A stretch of DNA of 58,861 nt from Parachlamydiales bacterium (GTDB lineage Bacteria > Chlamydiota > Chlamydiia > Chlamydiales > JAEYWL01), in the NCBI GenBank assembly GCA_020054065.1, contig JAGVLX010000080.1, positions 1-58,861 of the forward strand, read 5' to 3'. Positions 27,627 through 38,306 of this stretch are shown in pieces. Position 1 is the first letter of the stretch. Each line of letters starts with the position of its first letter. The notes beneath the pieces were generated by a model. It saw only the letters and a program-made list of their open reading frames with translations. It searched no databases and was not told the origin of the DNA. The translations under genes and the position numbers were made by a program.

Positions 27627-30600
27627 ATGAAGATCCCTGAGTTCTTAAAACAGTATGAGACGGAAGCGCGGGAGTACCTAAAAGAAAAGCGGGTGACCGA
27701 TGTTGAATATTCGGGCGCTACCTACCAGGTGCAAGTCAAAGATGCGGATTCGGGTGAAAAGGTTTGGGCTTTCCTCCAGCTAAATCCCAATAATACTATC
27801 AAAGACTGCTTCTGTTCTTGCCGGGAAGAAGAGGACAATAACAGCTGTGTCCACTTAGCAACCGCTTATCTCTATATATTTAAGGGACAACCGATTCCTT
27901 TGCATCGACGATTCCAACACTCCCTTTGGAATGCACTCTGCACGCTGTATGGTAACCGCCTCAGCTTTGATACCCATGTGTTAAAAAAAGCAGGTCAGGG
28001 GCACTTTCAGCATACCTCTCATACCGGAAAAAAAGTGTTTTTTTTGAAAGGTAAGACGCAATCTGCACTCAAGCATGTGGATCAAATCGTATTGCATCGC
28101 ACTGTCGAAACCGAAGAAACATCGTTAAAATTCTCAAACCTCTCTCCTGAAGAACTCGCACTCTGGCATGAAGGAAAACCCAGCATCCAGTTGAGTTACG
28201 AATTATCCTTTTGGAGTGATCTTGCTAAATGGCTAATGGCACTCCAAGAAAAAGGAGCAGCCTACAAAATCACCTTCGAGTATGGACCCAACCAGCTTCC
28301 AAATTGGATCACCATTGATTTTAATGAAATCCAGGTCGGCTTTTACCTCTCCGAAGCGAACCTACCGCTGATCATTCCTCCTCTGCATACCGTGGAATCC
28401 CCTTTGAAAGTGTATGATGAGTGGGGCGAAAAAATTGAACGGATCGAATATGTCAAGGAAAAAGGGGAAATCATCATCCACCTCAAGGAACATGCAAAAA
28501 AATCGGTCGTGCACAAACACCACAAAGATGTTAAAGGGTACGAACTCAAAGGGTGGACCTACTATCCCAAAGAGGGATTTTACTCCAAAGGGGAGCATAG
28601 CCTGCTGCAAAAAACAGTCTTAAAAGGGGATCAAATTTCACATGCCTTGAACGAGTATGTAGGGATCATCCAAGAATATTTGGAAGGCACCCAAATCGCA
28701 CCTGATCCTGCCTCACCCTCCTATCAGATCTATTTTGATTCACAATGGGACTTGCATATCGTTTCGTATTTGTTCGAGCGTGGCGACTTGACGCTGCCCT
28801 ACTCGCGCTGTTTCGGCGACTGGGTCTATATCGAAGATGAAGGTTTTTACCGTTTAGAAGGAAAACGATTCGACGAAGTCGAAACAGTGGTGCCAAAGGC
28901 GCGGGTACCTGAATTTATTTCTCAAAATCGTACCTGGCTGAATAAACAGCCAGGTTTTCATACCCATTTGATCAATGTAGAATCCCATTTAACCTATCAT
29001 GTCGATGCGGAAGGGCGGTTAAGTTTCGACAGTCAAATCGATTTGGAGGAATCGGGCCAAAAACCCATTGATTTCCAAAACTGGATCTACATCCCAGGTC
29101 AAGGATTTTATCAGAAATTGGCCAGCCAGCAGAACCTGCCGGTCCGTTCAGGAACCTCCATCAGTGTAGAGCAGCTGTCATTATTCATCAAAATGCACCG
29201 GGATGAGCTAAATAGTGTGCCCGGATTCTTCAGTAAAGAGAGCCCGATCGCCAAGATGGGACTGAATGTTCAGTTGAATGATCAAGGTGTCATTGCCGTG
29301 ACGCCGGATTATCAGCGCCATCCCGACTATAAAGAACGTGAACTGCGGTTTTACGACGAGTATGTCTATATTCCCGGAGAAGGATTCCACCAGCTGCCCA
29401 TTGATCCGAAAATTCCGGAACGGTTCCGCCACCCGGTTGAAATTACCCCCGAAAACCAAGACCTGTTTCTTTCCTATGAGCTCGATCAAATCCGTCCATT
29501 CATCGATGAGATCGATCCGCGCCTGCAACATCCCAAAGAGGTGCATTTGATTTTAGAAGGGATGGAGAAAGCGGAACGGAGCGGACAAGGGTGGTACGTC
29601 ATGAAAATGATCTACCGGACGAATATCGGCAAAGTAGACGTGCAGGCGTTATGGGAGGCCCAGCACGCCAAAAAACGTTTTGTGTTTACTCCAGCAGGCC
29701 TTTTCGACCTCGAAGCCCCGAATTTCAACTGGATCAAATATCTCGGACGCCATCGCATCGATAAACGACGGCATGCATTTTTGTTATCGACCTTGGATAT
29801 CTTGCGGATGCATGCTTTTGAAACGCTCGAATTGCCGAGTCCGCGCAAACACGGGTATGCAAACATTAAAGCGCTGCTGCAGGAAATTACGGAGTTTAAG
29901 GTTCCGGAAGAACCCGATTTAACCGGGTTTAAATCGCATCTGAGGCCTTATCAAGAAAAAGGATTGCAATGGCTATGGTTTTTGTACCATCAATCGCTAT
30001 CGGGGCTGCTCTGCGACGATATGGGATTAGGAAAGACCCACCAAGCCATGGGATTGATAGCGGCGGCGTTGAACTACAACCAAAAGATGGACCGCCCCAA
30101 AAAACATATTTTGATTGTGTGCCCGACGTCGGTCATTTACCACTGGCAGGATAAGCTGCATACGTTCCTGCCCCATTTAAAAGTGTGCACGTTCTATGGA
30201 ACCAAGCGCAGCTTTGAAGATTTTCATAAGCGTTACGACATCTTGCTCACCTCGTATGGCATTTGGCGCTTGGAGAACAAGGTATTGAATGAAGAGCCGT
30301 ATGAATTGGCTATTTTTGATGAGATCCAAGTCGCTAAAAACCAAAGCAGCTTGCTGCATAACACGTTGTTAGACGTCAAAGCCCGCATGCGGCTCGGAAT
30401 GAGCGGAACGCCGATTGAAAACCGGCTGCGCGAACTGAAGTCGCTTTTTGACATTGTTTTGCCAACCTATATGCCGAGCGATACGGAGTTTCGCTCCTTC
30501 TTTGTCAAGCCGATCGAAAAAGAACACGATATCGCCCGGCGCCAACTGCTGTCGCGCTTCATCCATCCATTTATTTTACGGCGTAAAAAACAAGAGGTGT

Positions 30601-31406
30601 TAAATGACCTGCCGGATAAGACGGAGAGCATCTCTTACTGTGCCTTGCTGCCGGATCAATTATCACTCTATCAACAAGTGCTAGAAACCTCGCGCAAATC
30701 CATCTTAGAACAACTCAAGGATGAAAGCAGTTCGATCCCCTATCTGCATGTCTTTGCGTTGTTGACTAAACTCAAACAAATTTGTAACCATCCGGCCGTA
30801 TATTGGCAAAATCCAGCTGAATTCAAAAAATACCAGTCGGGAAAATGGCAGCTCTTTGTCGAACTACTGCATGAAGCACGGGATAGCGGACAAAAAGTGG
30901 TGGTGTTCTCCCAATACCTCATGCAATTAGACATCATCGAAATGTATTTGAAAGAGCATAAAATCGGGTACGCCGCCATCCGCGGCGCCACGACACGGCG
31001 CGGCGAAGAGATCAAACGGTTCCACGACGAACCGGAATGCGAAGTGTTTGTCGGATCGCTGCAAGCAGCCGGATTAGGGATCGATTTGACAGCAGCTTCA
31101 GTTGTCATTCACTATGACCGGTGGTGGAATGCTGCTCGAGAAAACCAAGCCACCGACCGTGTACATCGCATCGGACAGCAGCGCGGCGTACAGGTCATGA
31201 AACTCGTCACCCGTTCAACCTTTGAGGAGCGGATCAACGAAATGATCACCGCTAAAGGACAACTGATGGAAGATGTGGTTGGCACCGATGACCAGGCGGT
31301 CTTAAAAATGTTGACCCGCAACGATATTGTCCAACTGCTGCAAGATGTCCACCTGACTGCGGAAGATGTGACTGAAGTCCTACCCGACGTCGAAGAAGGA
31401 GAATAA
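27627..31406 (+). CDS. SWIM-domain SNF2/SWI2-family helicase (chlamydial type)
   Basis: N-terminal CxC..CxH SWIM; LRPYQEKG, DDMGLGKT, DEIQ, SGTPIEN, QATDRVHRIGQ. Confidence 0.95.
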   Translation: MKIPEFLKQYETEAREYLKEKRVTDVEYSGATYQVQVKDADSGEKVWAFLQLNPNNTIKDCFCSCREEEDNNSCVHLATAYLYIFKGQPIPLHRRFQHSLWNALCTLYGNRLSFDTHVLKKAGQGHFQHTSHTGKKVFFLKGKTQSALKHVDQIVLHRTVETEETSLKFSNLSPEELALWHEGKPSIQLSYELSFWSDLAKWLMALQEKGAAYKITFEYGPNQLPNWITIDFNEIQVGFYLSEANLPLIIPPLHTVESPLKVYDEWGEKIERIEYVKEKGEIIIHLKEHAKKSVVHKHHKDVKGYELKGWTYYPKEGFYSKGEHSLLQKTVLKGDQISHALNEYVGIIQEYLEGTQIAPDPASPSYQIYFDSQWDLHIVSYLFERGDLTLPYSRCFGDWVYIEDEGFYRLEGKRFDEVETVVPKARVPEFISQNRTWLNKQPGFHTHLINVESHLTYHVDAEGRLSFDSQIDLEESGQKPIDFQNWIYIPGQGFYQKLASQQNLPVRSGTSISVEQLSLFIKMHRDELNSVPGFFSKESPIAKMGLNVQLNDQGVIAVTPDYQRHPDYKERELRFYDEYVYIPGEGFHQLPIDPKIPERFRHPVEITPENQDLFLSYELDQIRPFIDEIDPRLQHPKEVHLILEGMEKAERSGQGWYVMKMIYRTNIGKVDVQALWEAQHAKKRFVFTPAGLFDLEAPNFNWIKYLGRHRIDKRRHAFLLSTLDILRMHAFETLELPSPRKHGYANIKALLQEITEFKVPEEPDLTGFKSHLRPYQEKGLQWLWFLYHQSLSGLLCDDMGLGKTHQAMGLIAAALNYNQKMDRPKKHILIVCPTSVIYHWQDKLHTFLPHLKVCTFYGTKRSFEDFHKRYDILLTSYGIWRLENKVLNEEPYELAIFDEIQVAKNQSSLLHNTLLDVKARMRLGMSGTPIENRLRELKSLFDIVLPTYMPSDTEFRSFFVKPIEKEHDIARRQLLSRFIHPFILRRKKQEVLNDLPDKTESISYCALLPDQLSLYQQVLETSRKSILEQLKDESSSIPYLHVFALLTKLKQICNHPAVYWQNPAEFKKYQSGKWQLFVELLHEARDSGQKVVVFSQYLMQLDIIEMYLKEHKIGYAAIRGATTRRGEEIKRFHDEPECEVFVGSLQAAGLGIDLTAASVVIHYDRWWNAARENQATDRVHRIGQQRGVQVMKLVTRSTFEERINEMITAKGQLMEDVVGTDDQAVLKMLTRNDIVQLLQDVHLTAEDVTEVLPDVEEGE

Positions 31407-31509
31407 AAGGACAAACGACAAAACGACCCAAAAGACCAAAACGACATAAAGGACCAAAATGACATATTTTTTAGTCCTTTTGGTCCTTTGGGTCGTTCTG
31501 TCGTTGATT
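31407..31509. repeat. 9-bp-period AACGAC/AAGGAC element filling the SNF2/dnaA convergent junction
   Basis: aacgaccca-aaagaccaa-aacgacata-aaggaccaa-aatgacata, then inverted gtcctttt/ggtcctttg/ggtcgtt units. Confidence 0.85.
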
Positions 31510-32868
31510 TTAGGCGGTCTCTAAATTGCGGCGTACCATCTGGATCATGCGGGTGAGCTGCTCATCTGCGCCAATCTTTTTCTCGATCGCTTTACACGCA
31601 TGCAGGATCGTTGAATGGGTCTTACGGAAATAAAGACCCAGTGTGATTAAAGAATCTTTAACATACTCTTTCGCCAAATACATCGCGACTTGACGCGCAA
31701 TCGCTACATCTTTCAAACGGGAAGAGCCTTTCAAATCATTGATACTGACTTGGAAAATCGCGGCCACCGATTTCAACACTTGCTCGACTGTGATTTTTTC
31801 ACGCGGCGCGGTCACCAACATCTCTTTCAATGTGCGTTCCACCATCTCCTGCGTAATCGCCACATTCAACAGCCTGCAATGCGCGCTCAAACGGTTGATC
31901 GCCCCTTCCAGCTGCCGGACGTTGCTTTGAATGTGCTCGGCAATAAAAAAGGCGACTTCATTCGGAATGGATAACCCTTTCAGCTCGGCTTTATGCTGCA
32001 AAATCGCCACGCGGGTTTCCAACTCGGGCATCCCCATATGGACCACCAAACCCCACTCCATCCGGTCAATCACACGCTTTGACAATTTCAATTGCGCCGG
32101 CGGCTTATCGCTGGTAATCACAATCTGTTTATTTTGATTGATCAAGGTTTCAAAAGTATTGCAGAACTCTTCTTCGAAGTTAAGGCGGTTTTGCAAAAAT
32201 TGAATATCGTCAACCAACAGCACATCGACATCGGAACGGTAAAACCGTTTCATGCGGTCGACCGATTTTTTCCGCAAATGATCGACTAAGTCATTAATAA
32301 ATCCTTCAGTCGTTATGCACTGCACTCGCAATTTCTTATGATTTTCTTTGATATGGTGGCCGATGCTATGGAGAATGTGAGTCTTCCCCAATCCGACTCC
32401 CCCATGGATAAACAAAGGGTTATACGAGACGCCTGGACGGCTGGCCACACCTACCGCAGCGGACTTCACAAACTGGTTGTTTCCCCCTTCAATAAAGCTC
32501 GAAAAGCGGTAGTTGGTGTTTAACTTGATTTCATATAAGCCGGATGACTCTTCAGAGGGGCGTTCTTCAGCAACGGGGGTCGGAGCCGCGGAAGCGGCCG
32601 GGGCCTTTTTGACGGGAGAGGCCACACTAAATTTGATCGCAGGCTCCCCATTCGGCAAAGTAGGTAGAAAAGCGACCAAATCTTTTTTGTAATTGGAGAG
32701 CAGATATTCCTGGACGAAGATGTTGGGGACTTCCAACGTGATCTCCTCGGCCGATGCCTCCACAATGCGAATCGGGGCAAACCAGTTACCAAAAGCTGTG
32801 GGGGTGCAACGATTTTTTACGAATTCGAGAAATTGAGCCCAAGCTTCACGGGTATCGCATGCGAGCAT
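31510..32868 (-). CDS. dnaA: Chromosomal replication initiator DnaA
   Basis: [40 protein letters not shown]. Confidence 0.97.
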   Translation of the reverse strand: MLACDTREAWAQFLEFVKNRCTPTAFGNWFAPIRIVEASAEEITLEVPNIFVQEYLLSNYKKDLVAFLPTLPNGEPAIKFSVASPVKKAPAASAAPTPVAEERPSEESSGLYEIKLNTNYRFSSFIEGGNNQFVKSAAVGVASRPGVSYNPLFIHGGVGLGKTHILHSIGHHIKENHKKLRVQCITTEGFINDLVDHLRKKSVDRMKRFYRSDVDVLLVDDIQFLQNRLNFEEEFCNTFETLINQNKQIVITSDKPPAQLKLSKRVIDRMEWGLVVHMGMPELETRVAILQHKAELKGLSIPNEVAFFIAEHIQSNVRQLEGAINRLSAHCRLLNVAITQEMVERTLKEMLVTAPREKITVEQVLKSVAAIFQVSINDLKGSSRLKDVAIARQVAMYLAKEYVKDSLITLGLYFRKTHSTILHACKAIEKKIGADEQLTRMIQMVRRNLETA

Positions 32869-33381
32869 AGGTGCAGTCCTTCTGTTGAGGTATGAGTTTT
32901 CGGTTTTACTGCTTCACGTTCCAGAGATCTCGATCGCCTTTAAACGGGTGTCTGAGGGCTATTCTGAGGCGCTTCCAAGTTATGAACAATCTTTCCACAA
33001 CCTAGTCTGGAGTCATTTCGCGGAAGACATTAGCATGAGCCATCATACCCTGCAATCAAAATTCTGACACCAAAATGAAGCGATTGCGCTAACACTTTGA
33101 TCCTCAAAATAGGAGGAATTTAAAAAAATTTTAAAGAAAAGTGTTAACGGCGGTTAGGAATCGGATAAGTTATTGAAAATAAGCTATTTAAGTCAATAAA
33201 TGGCCTAAATGGCACAAAACCAGCACTTTAGCCATAATTATGCTAATTATTGTTTTAATTTAATAACCATAGTTAAAAAATACACATTAGTTATTATGTG
33301 TAAATTAACTTTATTTATTCTTAACAATTTAATGTTATTATTAATATCTAACAATAAAAGACATAACCTTAAGAGGTTCAG

Positions 33382-34371
33382 ATGAGTGGACTTGGAATAC
33401 CAAAGATTGACCTACCTGGAATCATCTCGTTTAAGGATTCGTGGATTCCTGCTATGGACAATGACGGAATCAAGCGGGTCGTGGCGATTGCCCTACCCTA
33501 TCTGAAATTAAGCAAGAAAACGTGCGCTGCCGCCGAGTACGGATCGGCTGGGTACGCTGTCCTTAATGGTTGCCGCAATTTTGTCGGAGCCTTCACCTAC
33601 AACGTGAACGATTCGTTCGTAGATCTGATGAAGAAGCAGAAACCGGAGGCGAATATCGCCCCCCGATCGAAAAAAGAGCGGACTTTAGAAGCCTTAAGAG
33701 CCACACGGGATATCGCGCTGGTGGTAGGGATTCTGGCGCTCGCTACCATCAACGATAAGGCCGCCTTGCTGACCGAAATTGGTTTAGCCTTATTCGAGCA
33801 TGCCAAAGATCAAACTCGAACGATCAAAGAAATGATTGCTCTCAATAACCTGACGAAGGCTTTAGACAAGGCCGACACAGCTGAAATCAATAAGGTTCTC
33901 GGACGGTTCAACCCAAAGTCGCCGTTTACCAAAACTTGCCATGAGATCGTCAAATTGTACGTCGATAAGCCTGAGCAAGCATTGAATCTGCTGCAGAAAG
34001 AGCATAAAAAATTGACCAACAAAGCGCTTGAGACCAGTGCGAAGATCGTTAAAGACGGATTATTCTTTGCAGCGATTGCGTTTGGCGGAACTGAGTTAAT
34101 GGTTGTGTCGTTAAGCGCGCGCGTGTTGATGACCACATATAAAGGGATCAAGGATTATGTTGAGCACGATGGCAAGCTGCGTGCAGAAGCGGTCTTCCAC
34201 ATCCTGCTCGCCGGCATCTACGCTTACAATATGCGTCCGCAGGTGAACACCTTGTTGGATAAATATAAGATCAAGCCGTTGGGTCATTTTGATTTTAACC
34301 CCCAGCCGTTCTTGAACGTCTTGCGGAACTACCGGATCTGGAATCCCGATCCCGAGCCAGTAGCGGCTTAA
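33382..34371 (+). CDS. Hypothetical protein with hydrophobic segments
   Basis: 329-aa ORF with GAGG RBS; hydrophobic stretches IALVVGILALA, LFFAAIAFGG..MVVSL, FHILLAGIYAY; no family recognised. Confidence 0.7.
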   Translation: MSGLGIPKIDLPGIISFKDSWIPAMDNDGIKRVVAIALPYLKLSKKTCAAAEYGSAGYAVLNGCRNFVGAFTYNVNDSFVDLMKKQKPEANIAPRSKKERTLEALRATRDIALVVGILALATINDKAALLTEIGLALFEHAKDQTRTIKEMIALNNLTKALDKADTAEINKVLGRFNPKSPFTKTCHEIVKLYVDKPEQALNLLQKEHKKLTNKALETSAKIVKDGLFFAAIAFGGTELMVVSLSARVLMTTYKGIKDYVEHDGKLRAEAVFHILLAGIYAYNMRPQVNTLLDKYKIKPLGHFDFNPQPFLNVLRNYRIWNPDPEPVAA

Positions 34372-34399
34372 TTCAAGCTAAGGCGTCTATTCATTTTGA

Positions 34400-34463
34400 C
34401 AGGACAAACACGACATCCAGGACGTACAGGACAATTTTTTGTCGTGTGTCCTGGTCCTGTTTA
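34400..34463. repeat. 9-bp-period GAC element at the gnd convergent junction
   Basis: caggacaaa-cacgacatc-caggacgta-caggacaat; right arm GTCGTGTGTCCTGGTCCTGTTT abuts the gnd stop. Confidence 0.85.
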
Positions 34464-34464
34464 A

Positions 34465-35916
34465 TTAAGCGTTATAGGAACCGGAACTGACTAGGCCGCC
34501 CGTACCGGTCCAGTTGGTGTGGAAGTATTGACCCCGTTTTTGATCGATTCGTTCGTAGGTGTGAGCGCCGAAGTAGTCGCGCTGGGCTTGCAGAAGGTTG
34601 GCGGGCAGGCGTGCGGAGCGGTATCCATCGAAGAACGCTAGCGCGGTGCTGAAGCACGGCATCGGGATCCCGAGTTCAGCTGCCGTCGAGATCACCTTGC
34701 GCCAGCCTGGCTGGGCTTTATTGAGGGCGTTTTTAAAGAAATCGTCGGTGAGCAGGTTGTTGAGGTTGGGATTCTTTTGGTACGCCTCTTTGATTTTGCC
34801 GAGGAAGACGCTGCGGATGATGCAGCCGCCGCGCCACATGAGGGCGATGCCACCATAGTTGAGTTTCCACTTATAGTCGGCAGCGGCCTGGCGCATCAGC
34901 ATAAACCCTTGCGCATAGCTGACAATCTTGGATGCATAGAGTGCTTGTTCCACCGCATCGATTAGTTCTTGCTTGTTGCCTTTGTAGCGCGAATCCGGAC
35001 CAGTCAAGATTTTGCTGGCAGCGACGCGTTCATCTTTGAGCGCCGAGAGACAGCGGGCAAAAACGGCTTCTCCAATTAAAGTGAGCGGCATCCCAAGATC
35101 GAGCGCATTAATCGCTGTCCATTTGCCAGTCCCTTTTTGGCCCGCAACATCGAGAATTTTATCGATGAGATAAGCGCCATCTTCATCTTTGGTGCCGAAG
35201 ATGTGGCTTGTGATTTCGATGAGGTAGCTGTCGAGGATTCCCTTGTTCCAACGCGCGAACACTTGCTGAAGTTCTTCATTGGAAAGGTTGAGACCGCGTT
35301 TGAGCAAATCGTACGCTTCGCAGATCAGCTGAATATCCCCATACTCAATTCCATTGTGAACCATTTTGACGTAGTGGCCCGCACCTTCTTCTCCCACCCA
35401 ATCGCAACACGGTTCGCCATCCGCTTTAGCGGCGATCGCTTGAAAGATGGGTTTGACCGCTGGCCAGGCGGCGGAGTTGCCTCCCGGCATGATGGAGGGG
35501 CCGTGGCGAGCGCCTTCTTCTCCCCCTGACACCCCGGTGCCGATGAACAAGATCCCTTTTTTTTCTAGTTCTTGGACGCGGCGGTTAGTGTCTGTGAAGA
35601 GGCTGTTGCCGCCATCAATAAGGATATCCCCTTTTTCAAGCAGAGGTAGCAGGGCATCGATATTTTCGTCCACTGCCTCGCCAGCTTTGACCATCAGCAT
35701 GATCCGGCGTGGGCGTTTGAGTTGCTTGACCAGTTCCTCGATCGAGTGGGTGCCGATGATGTTAGTGCCTTGTGCCGGGCCGTTGAGGAAGTCATCGACT
35801 TTGGAAGTTGTGCGGTTGAAGACGGCGATCCGGAACCCGTGGTCGTTAATGTTAAGCGCTAAATTTTGGCCCATGACGGCCAGGCCAATGAGGCCGATAT
35901 CTGCTTCTGCTGCCAT
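34465..35916 (-). CDS. gnd: 6-phosphogluconate dehydrogenase, decarboxylating (NADP)
   Basis: [51 protein letters not shown]. Confidence 0.98.
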   Translation of the reverse strand: MAAEADIGLIGLAVMGQNLALNINDHGFRIAVFNRTTSKVDDFLNGPAQGTNIIGTHSIEELVKQLKRPRRIMLMVKAGEAVDENIDALLPLLEKGDILIDGGNSLFTDTNRRVQELEKKGILFIGTGVSGGEEGARHGPSIMPGGNSAAWPAVKPIFQAIAAKADGEPCCDWVGEEGAGHYVKMVHNGIEYGDIQLICEAYDLLKRGLNLSNEELQQVFARWNKGILDSYLIEITSHIFGTKDEDGAYLIDKILDVAGQKGTGKWTAINALDLGMPLTLIGEAVFARCLSALKDERVAASKILTGPDSRYKGNKQELIDAVEQALYASKIVSYAQGFMLMRQAAADYKWKLNYGGIALMWRGGCIIRSVFLGKIKEAYQKNPNLNNLLTDDFFKNALNKAQPGWRKVISTAAELGIPMPCFSTALAFFDGYRSARLPANLLQAQRDYFGAHTYERIDQKRGQYFHTNWTGTGGLVSSGSYNA

Positions 35917-35976
35917 AGCTGAAAATTTCCTTTTGGTTGTTGTAAACGCTGAATTTATCTAAAATCTTCGTTTTAT

Positions 35977-36049
35977 GTCCTCGTAGCTCAGTGGATAGAG
36001 CGGTTGCCTCCTAAGCAACAGGTCACGCGTTCAATTCGCGTCGAGGACG
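35977..36049 (+). tRNA. tRNA-Arg(CCT)
   Basis: GTCCTCGTAGCTCAGTGGATAGAGCGGTTGCCTCCTAAGCAACAGGTCACGCGTTCAATTCGCGTCGAGGACG; anticodon CCT; CCA not encoded. Confidence 0.95.
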
Positions 36050-36050
36050 T

Positions 36051-36776
36051 TTATTCTTTTTTCGTATTGACGTAGTCCCGAATGCCGGTGGCGATGCCCC
36101 AGGCTAATTTTTTCAAGTACACATCACTCTGTAAATGTTGCAAATCGTCCGGGTTGGAGATGAACCCTCCCTCGACCAGAACGGCAGGCATATTGGTTTC
36201 CCGCACAACCGCCAGGTTGCCATGCTTCACTCCGCGTCCACGTGCGCCGGTGAGTGCAGTCATGTTCTTCATGATCGACTCGCCTAATTTTTTGGACTGG
36301 GAGGAACGTTCTTTGTTGTCGTCCGATTTATAATAATAGATTTCGATCCCCTCTGCCTTTTCGTTTGGTGCCGAGTTGTAGTGGATGCTGACGAACAGTT
36401 CGGGATGGATAGAGTTCGACCAGCTGGCACGTTGCTTCAAAGGGATAAAGGTGTCGTCACGGCGAGTCATAGCGGTCTGAAATCCAAATTTTTTCAAGTA
36501 GTAACGGACATACAGGGCGGTGGTAAGATTGAGATTTTTTTCCATCGTATTGGATCCATCTTTCGCTTCGGCCCCGTTATCTTTTCCCCCATGCCCCGCA
36601 TCGATCACAATCAGCGGTGCTGCAACCCCCCTTTCGCTCGGATCGGCCATGGCAATCTCGGTTGTGGTTTCGACAGGCGGCGAGACGGGAACGGGATAGG
36701 CCCGTGAAACGTAGCGCGGTGCGCACCCGCAAACGAGAACCGCCAAAAGCAACAATCCGAAAAGGTGCTGCTTCAT
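36051..36776 (-). CDS. amiA: N-acetylmuramoyl-L-alanine amidase (Amidase_3); longest ORF extends to 36809
   Basis: IVIDAGHGGKD, EKNLNL, FVSIHYN, VLVEGGF; start 36776 gives an ATGA overlap with murE and an N-terminal LVCGC lipobox-like signal. Confidence 0.92.
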   Translation of the reverse strand: MKQHLFGLLLLAVLVCGCAPRYVSRAYPVPVSPPVETTTEIAMADPSERGVAAPLIVIDAGHGGKDNGAEAKDGSNTMEKNLNLTTALYVRYYLKKFGFQTAMTRRDDTFIPLKQRASWSNSIHPELFVSIHYNSAPNEKAEGIEIYYYKSDDNKERSSQSKKLGESIMKNMTALTGARGRGVKHGNLAVVRETNMPAVLVEGGFISNPDDLQHLQSDVYLKKLAWGIATGIRDYVNTKKE

Positions 36777-38272
36777 CGGCTTCCTTTTGTATGGGAGTGT
36801 GCTTGGCACTCTTCTGCGGCCACTTTCCGGTCATCAAATTCGATCGTTTTGTGGGCAAAGATTTGGGTTTTTTCGTGTCCTTTACCTGCGATCAAGAGGA
36901 TGTCATCGACTGTTGCCATTGCAACCGCTTTGGCGATAGCTTTACGGCGATCCAATTCTTGCAGATGGCGGCTGGGGTGTTTGAACCCGACTTTAATTTC
37001 TTGCGCAATCGCTTCCGGATCTTCAGAGCGCGGATTGTCAGAGGTCACAATGCACACGTCGGAATGTTCTTCGGCAGCCTCTGCCATTTTGGGACGTTTG
37101 CTCCGGTCGCGGTCGCCGCCACATCCGAACACCGTAATGATCCGTCCTGATTTAAACTCTTTCAGGCACTCCAAGACATTGATTAACGCATCGTCAGTGT
37201 GGGCGAAGTCGACAAAAATTTTGTATCCGAGCGCATTCTTTACTGGCTCGAGACGTCCAGGCACTGCCACAAACGACTTAAAGATTTCCGCTAAAGCCGG
37301 CAACGATTGCCCTTTGACAATGCCGACGCCGATCGCAGCCAGCGTATTGTAGACATTAAACCGTCCAACCAACGGGATGGAAAAGAGTTGCGATTGATTT
37401 TGGTAAGTGGCGACAAAGGTCGATCCTGTGCCTGTCAGCTTTATCTGCGATGCTTTTAAGTCTGCGGGATTTTCGATGGCGTATGTGAGCAATTTGGCCG
37501 CGCACCCTTCGGTGATTTGCCGAAACCAAGGGCTATCCGCGTTAACGATCGCTGTTTTAGGCGTGGGATGCACTTTATGGGAGATGGCGGGATTCAGCAA
37601 GACAAACAGCTTGTTTTTAGCTCGGCTGTACGCCTCCATCGTTTTGTGGTAGTCCAGGTGGTCCACGGTCAGATTCGTAAAGATTGCACAATCGTATTCG
37701 ATGTTAGCCACCCGTCCTTGATCCAGCGCATGCGAAGTCACTTCCATCACCGCGCTGGTACAGCCGTTGAGGACCATTTCGCGCAACAGCTTGTTATTAG
37801 ACACCACATCGGCTGTCGTCAAGGTTGCTTGGTAGTGGTGGTCGCCGACAATATTCTCGATGGTTCCCATCAAGCCACACGGCTGCTTCAATTGATCCAA
37901 GAGATGCTTCACCAAAAAAGCGGTCGTCGTTTTTCCGTTGGTGCCGGTGATGCCGACCAAAAATAACTGGTTGGAAGGATGCTGGTAATATTCGGCCGCT
38001 AATGCGCCTTCAATCAGTGCGGGGTTGGGATGGATCACCTGCGTGATATGTTTCAGAGTAGGGTCATATAGATCGGTCAAAATCGCCACCGCACCGGCGG
38101 AGATCGCTTCAGGAATGTACCGGTTGCCATCATGGGTTTTCCCTTTTTTGGCAATAAACAAGTTGCCCGGCGCGACAAGTTTAGAATTTCCGCATAGGCC
38201 AGTGATTTCCACCTCTTTGGAACCTTTGATCGAGTCAACGTCGATATCTTTGAATAATTTTTTAAGTTTCAT
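36773..38272 (-). CDS. murE: UDP-N-acetylmuramoyl-L-alanyl-D-glutamate--amino acid ligase MurE
   Basis: GITGTNGKTT, MEVTSHAL, NLTVDHLDYH, VDFAHT, GCGGDRD, DNPR, AGKGHE. Confidence 0.96.
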   Translation of the reverse strand: MKLKKLFKDIDVDSIKGSKEVEITGLCGNSKLVAPGNLFIAKKGKTHDGNRYIPEAISAGAVAILTDLYDPTLKHITQVIHPNPALIEGALAAEYYQHPSNQLFLVGITGTNGKTTTAFLVKHLLDQLKQPCGLMGTIENIVGDHHYQATLTTADVVSNNKLLREMVLNGCTSAVMEVTSHALDQGRVANIEYDCAIFTNLTVDHLDYHKTMEAYSRAKNKLFVLLNPAISHKVHPTPKTAIVNADSPWFRQITEGCAAKLLTYAIENPADLKASQIKLTGTGSTFVATYQNQSQLFSIPLVGRFNVYNTLAAIGVGIVKGQSLPALAEIFKSFVAVPGRLEPVKNALGYKIFVDFAHTDDALINVLECLKEFKSGRIITVFGCGGDRDRSKRPKMAEAAEEHSDVCIVTSDNPRSEDPEAIAQEIKVGFKHPSRHLQELDRRKAIAKAVAMATVDDILLIAGKGHEKTQIFAHKTIEFDDRKVAAEECQAHSHTKGSR

Positions 38273-38306
38273 GTATCAGGCTATTTTTCAGCAGTTTGTA
38301 GAATGC

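Noticed and set aside
31112-31465. ORF MSFWSFMSFWSFGSF...
   Set aside because: Derived from the 9-bp repeat and antisense to the SNF2 gene.
32869-33381. oriC next to dnaA
   Set aside because: AT-rich, but only one near-match DnaA box (CTTTCCACA at 32991) was seen and no box cluster; chlamydial origins need not be dnaA-linked. A GC-skew analysis would be needed.
35977-36051. tRNA-Arg(CCT) or the tRNA-Leu pair as island integration sites
   Set aside because: No integrase and no duplicated tRNA 3' end found; the flanking genes are housekeeping.
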